A DNA stretch of 60,867 nucleotides from a virus (Duplodnaviria > Caudoviricetes), in IMG/VR virus record IMGVR_UViG_3300017989_000014, positions 1 through 60,867 of that record, one strand, 5' to 3'. Position numbers and translations under genes: made by a program. The notes below the pieces were generated by a model, which was not told the origin of the DNA, made no database searches, and was given only the letters and a program-made list of their open reading frames with translations. This document shows, piece by piece, positions 1 through 8,496 of the stretch (its first letter is position 1; every line of letters starts with the position of its first letter).

Positions 1-123
1 CCGAGAACTCAGCAGGGCGCTTTGCGGCCAGCAGACGCTCTAGGAGGCGGTCGGAATAGCGTCGGGTGTAGGCAACGACCTTGCCTTGCGACACAACAGG
101 CTCCTCGACTCCATCAACGGCCC
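1..123. repeat. 123-bp terminal overlap, copy 1 (circular assembly)
   Basis: Identical to 60745-60867; the terS reading frame runs straight through the junction. Confidence 0.97.
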
Positions 124-511
124 GGCGTCGAGCTTCGGATTCAAGTCGGTCTGCGGCCAGTTCTAAGCACGCGGCACGGGCAGCGGCGAAGTCGGGGACA
201 CGCTCCTTCCAGTGCTGCGGCGTATTGGCCGAGACCCCCGCAGCGAGGCAGGCATCGCGGTGGATACCGGTCTTCGCCAGGGCGGTGAGATAAGCCCGCA
301 TACGGCGCACACGCGGGATTCCACCCATGGGCAATATCCGGTCATCCGGCCCGACTTTCGACCGAGGCGCAATACCGCCGGTGCGGTGGGAGGGCGCTTG
401 TCCATGCAGGAGGTCAAAGCGTGAAATGGTTGCTTCAATGGCGCGGTCGTCGAGGGTGTCATTGGGCAGGCCGGGCGGGGGTTCGGGGGCGTGTTTGTAG
501 GAGGTGCTCAT
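1..511 (-). CDS. terS: Terminase small subunit, N-terminal part (continues across the junction to 60744-60590; about 221 aa in total)
   Basis: Hand translation from ATG 511: ...MRAYLTALAKTGIHRDACLAAGVSANTPQHWKERVPDFAAARAACLELAADRLESEARRRAVDGVEEPVVSQGKVVAYTRRYSDRLLERLLAAKRPAEF. HTH plus EARRRA.G.EEP...YSD.LL pattern of phage TerS. ATGA overlap with the upstream gene; only the 3' end is in the ORF track. Confidence 0.88.
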   Translation of the reverse strand, partial: MSTSYKHAPEPPPGLPNDTLDDRAIEATISRFDLLHGQAPSHRTGGIAPRSKVGPDDRILPMGGIPRVRRMRAYLTALAKTGIHRDACLAAGVSANTPQHWKERVPDFAAARAACLELAADRLESEARRRAVDGVEEPVVSQGKVVAYTRRYSDRLLERLLAAKRPAEFS

Positions 512-684
512 GGTTTACGGCGCTTGCGTGTAGCTCGTAGGCGCGATTGTGAAAGGGCATCGTGAAGCGCTTGTGCGTGCTCTATGACGGCAGCGGCTGC
601 TTCTGTTGGACGGGAATAACCGAGGGGTGCAACGAGGGTTGCAGCGGCGTTAAGCAGACGCTCTTGGTATCTTACAGTAGGCAT
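508..684 (-). CDS. Small hypothetical protein (58 aa), first gene of the leftward operon
   Basis: ATG 684 after a G-rich SD, downstream of the leftward promoter; stop overlaps the terS start. Confidence 0.6.
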   Translation of the reverse strand: MPTVRYQERLLNAAATLVAPLGYSRPTEAAAAVIEHAQALHDALSQSRLRATRKRRKP

Positions 685-712
685 ATCAACCCCCCCCCGT
701 AGGTACCCCCCA

Positions 713-741
713 ACTATAGCGATTTTGGGGTATTGAGTCAA
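713..741 (-). promoter_or_regulatory. Sigma70-type promoter, leftward (terS operon)
   Basis: TTGACT (741-736), 17-nt spacer, TATAGT (718-713). Confidence 0.8.
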
Positions 742-769
742 GGCCGTAGTTCGGGAGTGAAAACGGGTG

Positions 770-798
770 TTGACATACGTAAGGGGGTAAGGTAGCGT
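770..798 (+). promoter_or_regulatory. Sigma70-type promoter, rightward (early cassette)
   Basis: TTGACA (770-775), 17-nt spacer, TAGCGT (793-798). Confidence 0.75.
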
Positions 799-847
799 AG
801 TGATGTTGGTCGGGTGGTCTGGCCGACGCACACAAGGAGCCAAGGAG

Positions 848-1039
848 ATGGACGTTGACTACGAGGTGGAGAAGCACTTCCGCCCCGAGGCGGTCGCACT
901 GCGGCGCAAGCTGGCGGTGTTCGTCGAGGAGAATCGGGTCGCAACGGGACTGCCCCCGAGGGGACTCGACGCGTACGAGATGAGCAAGGACGAGCTGCGG
1001 CACCACCTTAGCGTGCTGGCAACGCGGTGGGGGATCTAA
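848..1039 (+). CDS. Early hypothetical protein (63 aa)
   Basis: Two AAGGAG motifs precede ATG 848; followed by a GC hairpin. Confidence 0.7.
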   Translation: MDVDYEVEKHFRPEAVALRRKLAVFVEENRVATGLPPRGLDAYEMSKDELRHHLSVLATRWGI

Positions 1040-1091
1040 ACACACCAAGAGGGGGGCGCAAGCCCCCCCGCACACACAAGGGAGACGAGCA

Positions 1092-1634
1092 ATGACAAGA
1101 GACGAGATAGACACACTGCGGGACGAAATCGAGACGGCGCAGGGGACGTTGGAAGACCACTACGCGGAAGTCTGCCGCAAGGTGGTGCACGGGGCGAACG
1201 AAAGCAACTCCTTTCTACTCTGCACAGCGGGGCTTAGCTTGTACGCTGCAAAGCAGGGTCTTGGGCTGGCCTACACGGCGATGTCATACGCCACGAACCA
1301 TTGCGAAAGCGAGGAGCGTGACGAGCTGCAAAGCGCGCTTGATGACTGGGAATACATCGACTGCCCGAGCTGCGGCGGGGACGCGATCTACGACTGTATC
1401 GGGTCGCTTGTCGGGGATTTCGAGGACAAGCTTGAAGAGATTAAACAGGCGCTGCGGGACGCGGTCGAGGAGCATGAGGGCGAGTACATCGGTATGAGTG
1501 ACCGGGAGCTGGTCGAGGCGCACTCCGAGGAGTGGGCCGCAGTGGTTGCGCGCCTGCGGCAGGAGCACAAGGAGCGGGCCGAGGCGAAAGCGAAGGCCGA
1601 GCGTGAGCGGGTCGAAGCCGAAGCGGGGCTGTAA
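1092..1634 (+). CDS. Acidic helical early protein with CPSC/C motif
   Basis: 180-aa ORF with SD and natural composition. Confidence 0.8.
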   Translation: MTRDEIDTLRDEIETAQGTLEDHYAEVCRKVVHGANESNSFLLCTAGLSLYAAKQGLGLAYTAMSYATNHCESEERDELQSALDDWEYIDCPSCGGDAIYDCIGSLVGDFEDKLEEIKQALRDAVEEHEGEYIGMSDRELVEAHSEEWAAVVARLRQEHKERAEAKAKAERERVEAEAGL

Positions 1635-1665
1635 GGCCCCCTAATGCCCCCGAGGAGCTGACCCT

Positions 1666-2055
1666 ATGAAAGACACACCTAAGACCAAGAACGACGTACA
1701 CACGGCAACCTGCCCTGCTTGCTGGTTGCCGAGGTCGGTATGCGACTGCCTGACCGAGGAGGACCGACACCCCGAGGAGCTGCCGGTTGCGGTGGACGGC
1801 GCAGACCCGCAAGCGCTTGCCTGCCTGCGGGCGTGCGAGCGGACGGGCGCGGTTGTCGAACTGTTCGTTCGGTGCATCGGGATGGAGCTGCACGGGTTCG
1901 GGACAGTCGAGTTCTCGACCGAGCGGGACAGCGTGGCGCGTATCACGGTCGCGCTGGACAGCGGGGAAGTCACGTTCCTTGCTGGGTGCGTGCGGCGGGT
2001 TGTCGAGCGGTACGATCGCGAGGTTGGCGTGCTGGTGGACGTGGTAGTGGGTTGA
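1666..2055 (+). CDS. Early hypothetical protein with N-terminal CxxC...CxC
   Basis: 129-aa ORF, GAGGAG SD. Confidence 0.7.
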   Translation: MKDTPKTKNDVHTATCPACWLPRSVCDCLTEEDRHPEELPVAVDGADPQALACLRACERTGAVVELFVRCIGMELHGFGTVEFSTERDSVARITVALDSGEVTFLAGCVRRVVERYDREVGVLVDVVVG

Positions 2056-2103
2056 TTAACCGGGGGGCGGGCTTCGGCCCGTCCCCGACACAAGGAGCGA
2101 GGC

Positions 2104-2274
2104 ATGGTAGCAGTAAACGACAAAGTGATGAGCGAGGAAACGGCGCGGGCGCTTTTCGAGCTGGGTGGCGCGGTTATCGAGGCGCGTGCAGCGAGTCAGG
2201 GGCTGGTGGACGTCCTGCGGGAGAACAAGACCGACGGTTGCTATTCGATCATGATGCCCGCCCGTATCGCGTAA
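2104..2274 (+). CDS. Early hypothetical protein (56 aa, MVAVNDKVMSEETARALFELGG...)
   Basis: Not in the ORF track; ACAAGGAG SD before ATG 2104, TAA at 2272-2274, flanked by hairpins. Confidence 0.65.
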   Translation: MVAVNDKVMSEETARALFELGGAVIEARAASQGLVDVLRENKTDGCYSIMMPARIA

Positions 2275-2342
2275 CCCGGGCGGAACGACGGCCCCGGGGG
2301 AAACCCCGGGGCTTCCGCCCTCGCAAGGAAGGAAGCAAGACA

Positions 2343-2819
2343 ATGACAACGGAACACACCTGCCCGCTCCTGGATGAGGTCAGGGCGCAGCTTGTCGAGG
2401 CCACTGCGGCCGTAGCCGAGCGGGAGCAAGACCTACGCGAGGCCGATGCGCTGATAAAGGACAGGGATCGGCAGATAGAAGTCATGTCCAGACGAGACGA
2501 CATCAACAAGCGGCTCCTGTCGCAGTACCGTGACGCGGCTGCTGTCACGTGGCACGGGATTCACGGGCTGGACTATCCCGAGCGGGAAGCCCTGTGGGAT
2601 CGCGGGCGCAAGTTGGGCCTATCATACGATCAGTGGGAAGATCAGACGCCCGAGGATGAGGCAGTAGAGCTGGGGACGGCTCTCCCGGGCAACCTGCGTT
2701 TCAACGTGATTGATGAGTCCACTACCGAAATTGTGGATACCGAGGGGCGTTTGATAGTGACGGCGGGCGATCCGGTCGAAGCGCTGTCCCTTTATCGCCG
2801 GGATATCAAAAGGGCATAG
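2343..2819 (+). CDS. Early coiled-coil protein (158 aa)
   Basis: Likely start MTTEHTCP after AAGGAAGG; 3' part of track ORF 1719..2819. Confidence 0.75.
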   Translation: MTTEHTCPLLDEVRAQLVEATAAVAEREQDLREADALIKDRDRQIEVMSRRDDINKRLLSQYRDAAAVTWHGIHGLDYPEREALWDRGRKLGLSYDQWEDQTPEDEAVELGTALPGNLRFNVIDESTTEIVDTEGRLIVTAGDPVEALSLYRRDIKRA

Positions 2820-2941
2820 AAAAGCACGGCCCCGGGACCGGCAAGGAATCCCGGGGCCAACAAGGAAGGCGATGACGATGGACGTCAATCAACCCGAGGA
2901 AAAGCATACCAGAAAGCCCGCTTGCGGGCAAGGAGGAACCG

Positions 2942-3109
2942 ATGAGGACAGTGTTGTGGGCCATGTTCGTGCGGATGCTGTGGACGGTTCTCAAGAGGGA
3001 GCCCGGGCCGCTGGCGTTGCTGGACGTGACAGTGCTGGGTTTTGCGGTCTGGATGGATGTCCGGTGTGTTCTATCACGGACGGAAGCAACAAGGAGGGGA
3101 AGGCGATGA
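2942..3109 (+). CDS. Small hydrophobic protein (55 aa)
   Basis: AAGGAGG SD before ATG 2942; TGA overlaps the next ATG (ATGA). Confidence 0.45.
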   Translation: MRTVLWAMFVRMLWTVLKREPGPLALLDVTVLGFAVWMDVRCVLSRTEATRRGRR

Positions 3110-3537
3110 CGAACGGGCTGACAGAGAAGAAATCGAGACCGACGGGGGTAACGGTACAGGTTATCGACCTCACGCCGCTCTTGGAGAGGGCCGTAGGGCT
3201 GTTTTCGGTCACGATGAGCAACGACAAGGTGACGCTTGTCGATTTCAAGACGCGGGCGTCCCGCTGGGCGATCGCACCGAGCGCGAGGAATGAGGACACT
3301 ACGGTTCTCTTGAACACCGAGGGGTGCGGCGGTTACCTGCCGTACCGGATCGACCTGTACGGTGAGTATTCGAACGGCGACGTGGCTTGCACGCCGACGC
3401 TCACGATGCGGCTGACCAAGCCCTTCGTGGATGAGCTGGATATCACTGGCGAGGAGGATCTTTCCGACTTCGTGCGGGTCTTCGGGGATCGGCTGGAGGG
3501 TAACTTCTGGCAACTCTACAGGGAGTTGACGCCATGA
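3106..3537 (+). CDS. Early hypothetical protein (143 aa; in-frame upstream ATG at 2872 also possible)
   Basis: AACAAGGAGG SD before ATG 3106; ATGA overlap with the next gene. Confidence 0.75.
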   Translation: MTNGLTEKKSRPTGVTVQVIDLTPLLERAVGLFSVTMSNDKVTLVDFKTRASRWAIAPSARNEDTTVLLNTEGCGGYLPYRIDLYGEYSNGDVACTPTLTMRLTKPFVDELDITGEEDLSDFVRVFGDRLEGNFWQLYRELTP

Positions 3538-3812
3538 TGTACCTACACCTATTCCACGGGCGCACGCGCCCAGACGAGAAGCTGGAAGGCTGGGGGCGTG
3601 AAGGCCCGTGCCTGCGCGTATCGTGGGTCAAATGGACGTACGGGAGCATTGCGGTCGGGGAGCCGACTGTTGGCGTTCGTGTCGAGCTGCTGCACTACGA
3701 CGACCTGATCGAGTACGACGGGATCTTCTACGCTGACATGGAGATCCGTTGGGCACCCGTGCCCGATATGAAAGTCGAAGACTTCGACCCGTCAAAGGGG
3801 GCGCGTTCGTGA
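3534..3812 (+). CDS. Hypothetical protein (YLHLFHGR...GWG.EGP motif)
   Basis: 92-aa ORF, translationally coupled on both sides. Confidence 0.75.
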   Translation: MMYLHLFHGRTRPDEKLEGWGREGPCLRVSWVKWTYGSIAVGEPTVGVRVELLHYDDLIEYDGIFYADMEIRWAPVPDMKVEDFDPSKGARS

Positions 3813-4030
3813 GCTACTCGACGTGTGACACGTGCGGTGAGCTGAGGGAGCTGAAGGTCACCAGCGAGGGGGCGAGCCTCTGCCTCCTCTGCTGGTGTCG
3901 AACGATGAGAGGGAGAAGGCAGATCAATCGGCTGGCCGGGAGGAAGCTGTGCCGAGTAGAGGCGTGGGAAGATGCCGAGATGGCGTCGTATCGTGAAGTA
4001 ACCGAGGGGGGCGACAAGCCCCTGATTTGA
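3809..4030 (+). CDS. Small Zn-finger-like protein (CDTC...CLLC)
   Basis: GTGA overlap with the previous stop; two CxxC pairs. Confidence 0.55.
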   Translation: MSYSTCDTCGELRELKVTSEGASLCLLCWCRTMRGRRQINRLAGRKLCRVEAWEDAEMASYREVTEGGDKPLI

Positions 4031-4050
4031 CACAAGGAAGGAACAGGACA

Positions 4051-4461
4051 ATGGTAACCAAGAAGCAGACGAAGAAGCAGATCGCAGACATCGACGGGAT
4101 CAAGATCTACAGTGGAGTCCCGTGCCCGGGTGGAGAGACTGCCGGGATCGATTTCGATGCGATCGTGAGGGCCCTGAAGGTTGGCCACATGGCCGAGTGC
4201 AGCGAGAAGCAGGCGAAGGCGCTGGATAACGCTGCCCGCAAGGCCAAGATGAGCCTGAAAATCTGCAAACTCCCGGGTGGGATGTTCGGCGTGTGGCGCA
4301 TCCGCAAGCGCGAGACGAAGCCGCGCCGACCGGCGAACGGGAAGATCCGCAGGGCCCGCAAGGCCAGCAAGGCGAAGCCCGTGGTAAAAGACCCTGGCCC
4401 CCCGCCCCCTGGCGTTGCCGACGGGACGGTCGGTGCTGGCGAGCAGACGGTGAGGCTCTAG
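4051..4461 (+). CDS. Basic hypothetical protein, possibly DNA-binding
   Basis: ACACAAGGAAGG SD before ATG 4051; K/R-rich. Confidence 0.7.
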   Translation: MVTKKQTKKQIADIDGIKIYSGVPCPGGETAGIDFDAIVRALKVGHMAECSEKQAKALDNAARKAKMSLKICKLPGGMFGVWRIRKRETKPRRPANGKIRRARKASKAKPVVKDPGPPPPGVADGTVGAGEQTVRL

Positions 4462-4464
4462 GCT

Positions 4465-4653
4465 ATGGAGTGTCCAGTCTGCCATGTGGAATTCAAGCCG
4501 CGTTGCCCGATGTGTCACACAGACCCTACGGCGACTTTCGGCAGGGAGGGCGGTCGCAAGAGCAGGCGCACCCTGACCAGTGAGCAAGCGAAGGCGATGA
4601 GAGCCGCGAGAACGGCCAAGGAGGCGCAGGCGAAGCAGCCTACAATCGAATAA
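4465..4653 (+). CDS. Small Zn-ribbon protein with basic GREGGRKSRR motif
   Basis: CPVC..CPMC followed by a KGG-like basic helix; last gene before the convergent hairpin. Confidence 0.6.
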   Translation: MECPVCHVEFKPRCPMCHTDPTATFGREGGRKSRRTLTSEQAKAMRAARTAKEAQAKQPTIE

Positions 4654-4693
4654 CTCCCGTGGCCCTGTGGCTACGGGCGGAAAAACTGACTCA

Positions 4694-4724
4694 GAGGGGC
4701 TTGGACTCGCCATCCAAGCCCCTC
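4694..4724. terminator. Hairpin between convergent operons
   Basis: GAGGGGCTTGGA-N7-TCCAAGCCCCTC, 12-bp stem; no long U-tract directly adjacent. Confidence 0.6.
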
Positions 4725-4731
4725 GTTGCGT

Positions 4732-5328
4732 CTAGAACGGCGCTTCCGCAGGGGTGGCCACACTGGTATCCCATTGGGCGTTAGCGGCAGCGAGAGCCGC
4801 TTCTGCCCGCTTCCAGCGCTTCCCTACGGTACGCCGCAGACTCAAGAGTCCGTCTAGTCCCTCGTCCTTACACCGCGTCCGGATGCGATTCATGTGCTCC
4901 TCGCCTGCTTTGCACAGGCACGGCAGCGAGGTGTTGTGCTGGCCCGGGCGGTCAGGGAAGACATCGACCTCGGAGAGCGGCCCGTTCGGGTAGTCGTCGT
5001 ATGTTGCCCTGAACGACAGCCAACCCTCGTAACACCGGTCGCAGGCTTCCGCCTCGGCTCCGCCCGATGCGTCCCTCGCCTCCCTGCGCCATTGGAACAC
5101 CCAGATGCGGATGTCCTTCAGCGTGGGCTTGCTGCGGAACCGCCCTGGCTCCGTGTCCGACTGCCTCGACTTCCATCGTATCGCCGACGCAATCTCCCCT
5201 GGCATGAGGTGGCGTATCTCGCGCTCCAGCTCACCCTCCCAGCCGTCGATCTCGTCCTTGGTCAGCTTCACGCCGAAGTAGGCTGCGAGGAGTTTCCACC
5301 AGCGATCCATCCCGTGTGCTTCCATCAT
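4732..5328 (-). CDS. Putative helicase loader / replication accessory protein with Zn motif
   Basis: Downstream of the initiator; W...L...PT+.DI pattern followed by CDRC...CLC. Confidence 0.45.
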   Translation of the reverse strand: MMEAHGMDRWWKLLAAYFGVKLTKDEIDGWEGELEREIRHLMPGEIASAIRWKSRQSDTEPGRFRSKPTLKDIRIWVFQWRREARDASGGAEAEACDRCYEGWLSFRATYDDYPNGPLSEVDVFPDRPGQHNTSLPCLCKAGEEHMNRIRTRCKDEGLDGLLSLRRTVGKRWKRAEAALAAANAQWDTSVATPAEAPF

Positions 5329-5340
5329 CGTGGCCTCCTC

Positions 5341-5778
5341 TCAGCCATGGTAGTCCACCCCCACGGCTATCCATCCCGGGCGGTCGCGGTACGCCTTCAG
5401 GCACGTCCCCTTCCACGCATCCCCTTGAGCAGGGTCGTCCGACCTGTCATCCCACCCATCTGGCGTCAGGAGCGAGTACGGCACCTTCTCGCGCTCCAGG
5501 AGGGAGTCAGTGGTCGTCATGTTGCGCTCAAGGGTCTCAAACTCGCCCGTGAAGTTGAATCCCCGGCGCTCGTCATCGATGGCCCAGCCGTCCCATCTCC
5601 CCCCCGGCCGATACCAATCCCAGTACCCGTCAGGATTCCAGGTAGTCTCCTCGCCGTCCTCGTCGAGGTACGGCTCAACCTCCAGATCCTCGTCAAACGG
5701 GGCCATCAGCTCGGAGAGCCTATCCCTGACCCGGTCCTTCTGGTCCGGCTCGATCAACGCAACCAGCAGGTAGTGCAT
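5341..5778 (-). CDS. Conserved phage hypothetical protein (NP..WDWY..GGRW...VDYH)
   Basis: Recognisable phage motif; GGAGG SD and TGATG overlap. Confidence 0.7.
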   Translation of the reverse strand: MHYLLVALIEPDQKDRVRDRLSELMAPFDEDLEVEPYLDEDGEETTWNPDGYWDWYRPGGRWDGWAIDDERRGFNFTGEFETLERNMTTTDSLLEREKVPYSLLTPDGWDDRSDDPAQGDAWKGTCLKAYRDRPGWIAVGVDYHG

Positions 5779-6500
5779 CAGAACCTCCCCCATTCATCCG
5801 ACGGGTCTTTCGTGGCCTCGGCGTAGTCGTCAGCCCAACGGTTGTACTTCAGCCAGCGCTCGGGGTCGAGGATCTTCCTCTCCTCCCGTTCACACAGCCG
5901 TATGTACCCGCCGAGTGCGACAGTTGCAACGTCGGCCGTCATCCCTCGCTTCTTCGCTGCCTTCCACTCGGCGAACGCCCGAACCTTCCCGATCTTCTTC
6001 GGGTATCCAGCCCACCAGGAGGTGAACTCCTCGCTGTAGGCGGGGGCCTCTTTTCTCCCCCTCACACTCCCCCTCTTATCTTCTTCTTTTTCTTCTTCTT
6101 CTTCCTCTTCTTCTTCTTGCAGGGTAGGTACTACCCTTAAAGTACCCTTAGGGTACCCTTTGAGTGAATGTGCTTTGAGCAATGCAAAAACCCTTCGATG
6201 AGGAGCACAAGAGAGCTTCAACTCCCCGTACTGGAACTCGATGAAGGACGGTATTGCCCACAGCTTCCCGTCGTTGAACGGGATCACTCGGCCCTCGCAG
6301 GCTTCGAGGAAGTCCGAGACGAACTCACCCATGTCGGGAGAGGCGCAGATGCAGAACTGCGCCATCTCCATGTCCACCTTCCAGACGCCTGCGGCATCGC
6401 AGTTGTCCGTGATGTAGACCCACATGAGCTTGTCCACCGGCCGCAGCTTCCGGAACCACGGGTCCGACCACTTCTCCGTGCAGGTGAAGCGTTTTGCCAT
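5778..6500 (-). CDS. Replication initiator / replisome organiser (DnaD-like C-terminus)
   Basis: MAKRFTCTEKWSDPWF...DNCDAAG N-terminus, low-complexity linker with DNA repeats, C-terminal FTSWWAGYPKKIGK...PERWL...RW.D. Confidence 0.8.
   Translation of the reverse strand: MAKRFTCTEKWSDPWFRKLRPVDKLMWVYITDNCDAAGVWKVDMEMAQFCICASPDMGEFVSDFLEACEGRVIPFNDGKLWAIPSFIEFQYGELKLSCAPHRRVFALLKAHSLKGYPKGTLRVVPTLQEEEEEEEEEKEEDKRGSVRGRKEAPAYSEEFTSWWAGYPKKIGKVRAFAEWKAAKKRGMTADVATVALGGYIRLCEREERKILDPERWLKYNRWADDYAEATKDPSDEWGRF
6077..6160. promoter_or_regulatory. Putative replication origin (iterons plus purine-skewed tract) inside the initiator gene
   Basis: TACCCTT at 6132, 6143 and 6154 (11-bp period), inverted AGGGTA copies and an adjacent TTC-rich tract; lambda O-like arrangement. 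Confidence 0.6.
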
Positions 6501-6770
6501 CTTCACACCTCCGGTGGTCAATCCCATTCCTCGACGTCCTCGCCGGAAATGAGTCGGTGGATTGCCGAGCACAGGTCCACGGTGAGGTCTGACGCTCTGC
6601 GGATGCAGTCGCTCGCATCATTCACGTTGGCCTCGCACGGGTCTCGCGTGAGCTTGTCGTGTGCGATCTCCATCTGCCTGCCGATACAATCCACGTTCTC
6701 GTAGACGTCATCAGGTGGTGGAGAGACACCTGTTGTGTCTTCGTCCTGAAGTCCATCATGGCAACCTCCT

Positions 6771-7214
6771 CTACCAGGGACCAAGCTCATCTTCATCGGT
6801 CTCGGCAGCGGCGCTAGAAGCGTTGCACCCGAAGCGCGGGTCAGGCTTCTTCTCGGCAGGCGCTCGTGTCCCCTGGCCTTCCTCGCCCTTCTTGGGCCAC
6901 ACCTTCTGGACGCTCCCGCCGTAGCCGACGATGAAGTCGTGGCTAGTGCGCTCACCTCCGTCCTTCGCGTTGTACTTGCGCTGCTTGTACTCGGCGTTGG
7001 CGATGATGACGAGGTCACCCTTGGCGAGGTTGTCGCGGGCGAAGTCGGCCTGCTTACCAAAGCAGATGGCTCTCACCCATGAGGTTGTTGCCCGGTCTCC
7101 GAACCCGGCGCTGACAGCGACGGACAGCTCGCAGATACTCCCGCCGTCGTCGAAGCTCTTGATCTGCGGGTCGTGCCCGAGCCTCCCTGCAAACGTGCAT
7201 GAATTGAGTTTCAT
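6771..7214 (-). CDS. ssb: Single-stranded DNA-binding protein
   Basis: LNSCTFAGRLGHDP...W....FGKQA...L.KGD.V; acidic tail ending ELGPW. Confidence 0.92.
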   Translation of the reverse strand: MKLNSCTFAGRLGHDPQIKSFDDGGSICELSVAVSAGFGDRATTSWVRAICFGKQADFARDNLAKGDLVIIANAEYKQRKYNAKDGGERTSHDFIVGYGGSVQKVWPKKGEEGQGTRAPAEKKPDPRFGCNASSAAAETDEDELGPW

Positions 7215-7244
7215 TGCGCATCTCTCCTTCCTTGTTGTGTTTCC

Positions 7245-7775
7245 CTACCCTTGCCTTTTCAGAGCAGTGAGCGAGGAGATGTCGTATAGCCTGTCGCACG
7301 GGACTCCCCATCTTGGGCCGTTGCCGAAATCCCTCAACTCCTGCTGCACCATTACGTTATGCGTTGTCCACCCCATGATTGTCCAGCCTTCAGTGTCTCC
7401 ACCGCCGACAACCACGTAAATATCTGCCCATCGCTGCGGTTCTTCCGGGTTCATGATGGCGTTTCCGTTGTACCGCACGCTCCCATCCGGATGCCTTCCG
7501 AGCCACAGGATCTCGATCGTGAGCGACAGGACCGCATCCTGCCCGCCGTCTCCACCTCGGTAGATCCCCTCGTCAAAAGGCAGGCCAAGGTGCCTGCACG
7601 TGGCGAACTCGGCCAGGGTTGCCTCGATGTCATTATCCTCCCGGCACACCGATCCGTCCTTGCGCGTGGCGCTGAATCCCTGGCTTCGCTTGCTCCAGAA
7701 GCGCGCCTTACCTAGCGCCTTGACGTATTCGGCCGTCGCTTCCGGTATCCGGTCACATACCTGCGGCATCGACAT
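7245..7775 (-). CDS. Hypothetical protein, possibly a degenerate PD-(D/E)XK nuclease fold
   Basis: AE.A...LG...D...GGDGG.D and D.Y.....I.GW pattern. Confidence 0.45.
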   Translation of the reverse strand: MSMPQVCDRIPEATAEYVKALGKARFWSKRSQGFSATRKDGSVCREDNDIEATLAEFATCRHLGLPFDEGIYRGGDGGQDAVLSLTIEILWLGRHPDGSVRYNGNAIMNPEEPQRWADIYVVVGGGDTEGWTIMGWTTHNVMVQQELRDFGNGPRWGVPCDRLYDISSLTALKRQG

Positions 7776-7941
7776 CTCTCTGCCCTTTCCCGAAAAGCGC
7801 TAGAAGCCCGCCGAGCGCCATCGCAACGAATAGAAATATCATCACAAGCCACATCAATACTGGCCACACAAACATCACAAATAGAAACCTCGCAACGCCT
7901 GTCAGTGTGTAGGTCACTGTGCCAGCATCGTCGTCACTCAC
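7753..7941 (-). CDS. Small membrane protein
   Basis: 62 aa with a long hydrophobic stretch. Confidence 0.55.
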   Translation of the reverse strand: MSDDDAGTVTYTLTGVARFLFVMFVWPVLMWLVMIFLFVAMALGGLLALFGKGQRDVDAAGM

Positions 7942-8182
7942 CGCTTACCTCCAGCAGCCTGCGGGCTGCGGCTTCGTGTTTGTCGGAAACGTACATGTCC
8001 ATAACCGCCTCCGCCACCAACCGGATATCCTCCGGCGAGGGGGCGAGGGGGAGGTCGGTGAACTGCGGACCTTCGTCTACCGTCGGAACAGGTGCCCTGT
8101 TTTGGGCAGCAATGCCTGCTCGCCACCAGAAGTCGGCCACTGCATTCCACTCCTCCTCCGTCACGATCCTGCGTTCACTCAT
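7934..8182 (-). CDS. Hypothetical protein
   Basis: 82 aa, AAGGAGGTGA SD. Confidence 0.65.
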   Translation of the reverse strand: MSERRIVTEEEWNAVADFWWRAGIAAQNRAPVPTVDEGPQFTDLPLAPSPEDIRLVAEAVMDMYVSDKHEAAARRLLEVSGE

Positions 8183-8288
8183 CGCTCACCTCCTTCGGGC
8201 AGTCCGGGTGCGAGGTGGGCCGGTGGTGGTGCACGGCTGCGAACCACATCACGAGCATCAGGCTCGTTAGTACTACTGGTACTATCAT
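8175..8288 (-). CDS. Very small membrane peptide (37 aa, MIVPVVLTSLMLVMWFAAV...)
   Basis: Hand translation; TGATG overlap with the upstream stop. Confidence 0.4.
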   Translation of the reverse strand: MIVPVVLTSLMLVMWFAAVHHHRPTSHPDCPKEVSDE

Positions 8289-8476
8289 CAGTACGCCTCC
8301 CCGCGCCGATGGCACTCGGCCCGTTCGATCTCCCAGTCGGCAGGCTCCACATCGTCACGGGCGGAGTCAGGCGTGTCCTCGTCACTGTCCATCACGCAGT
8401 CACACGGCGTTGGGCCGTACGGGGCCTTGGGTGTACCCAGGTATCCTCTGCCTCCGCAGAATCTGCACGTCTTCAT
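8288..8476 (-). CDS. Small Zn-finger protein (CRFCGGRG...CDC)
   Basis: ACAAGGAGG SD before ATG 8476; 62 aa. Confidence 0.65.
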   Translation of the reverse strand: MKTCRFCGGRGYLGTPKAPYGPTPCDCVMDSDEDTPDSARDDVEPADWEIERAECHRRGEAY

Positions 8477-8496
8477 CGTATGCCTCCTTGTTGTTG

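Noticed and set aside
1719-2342. 5' extension of the 366-aa track ORF
   Set aside because: It overlaps two better-supported genes and two intergenic hairpins; the likely start is 2343.
828-3110. CRISPR-like or attC-like array in the early region
   Set aside because: The hairpins differ in sequence and spacing and separate ORFs; there are no identical repeats and no integrase.
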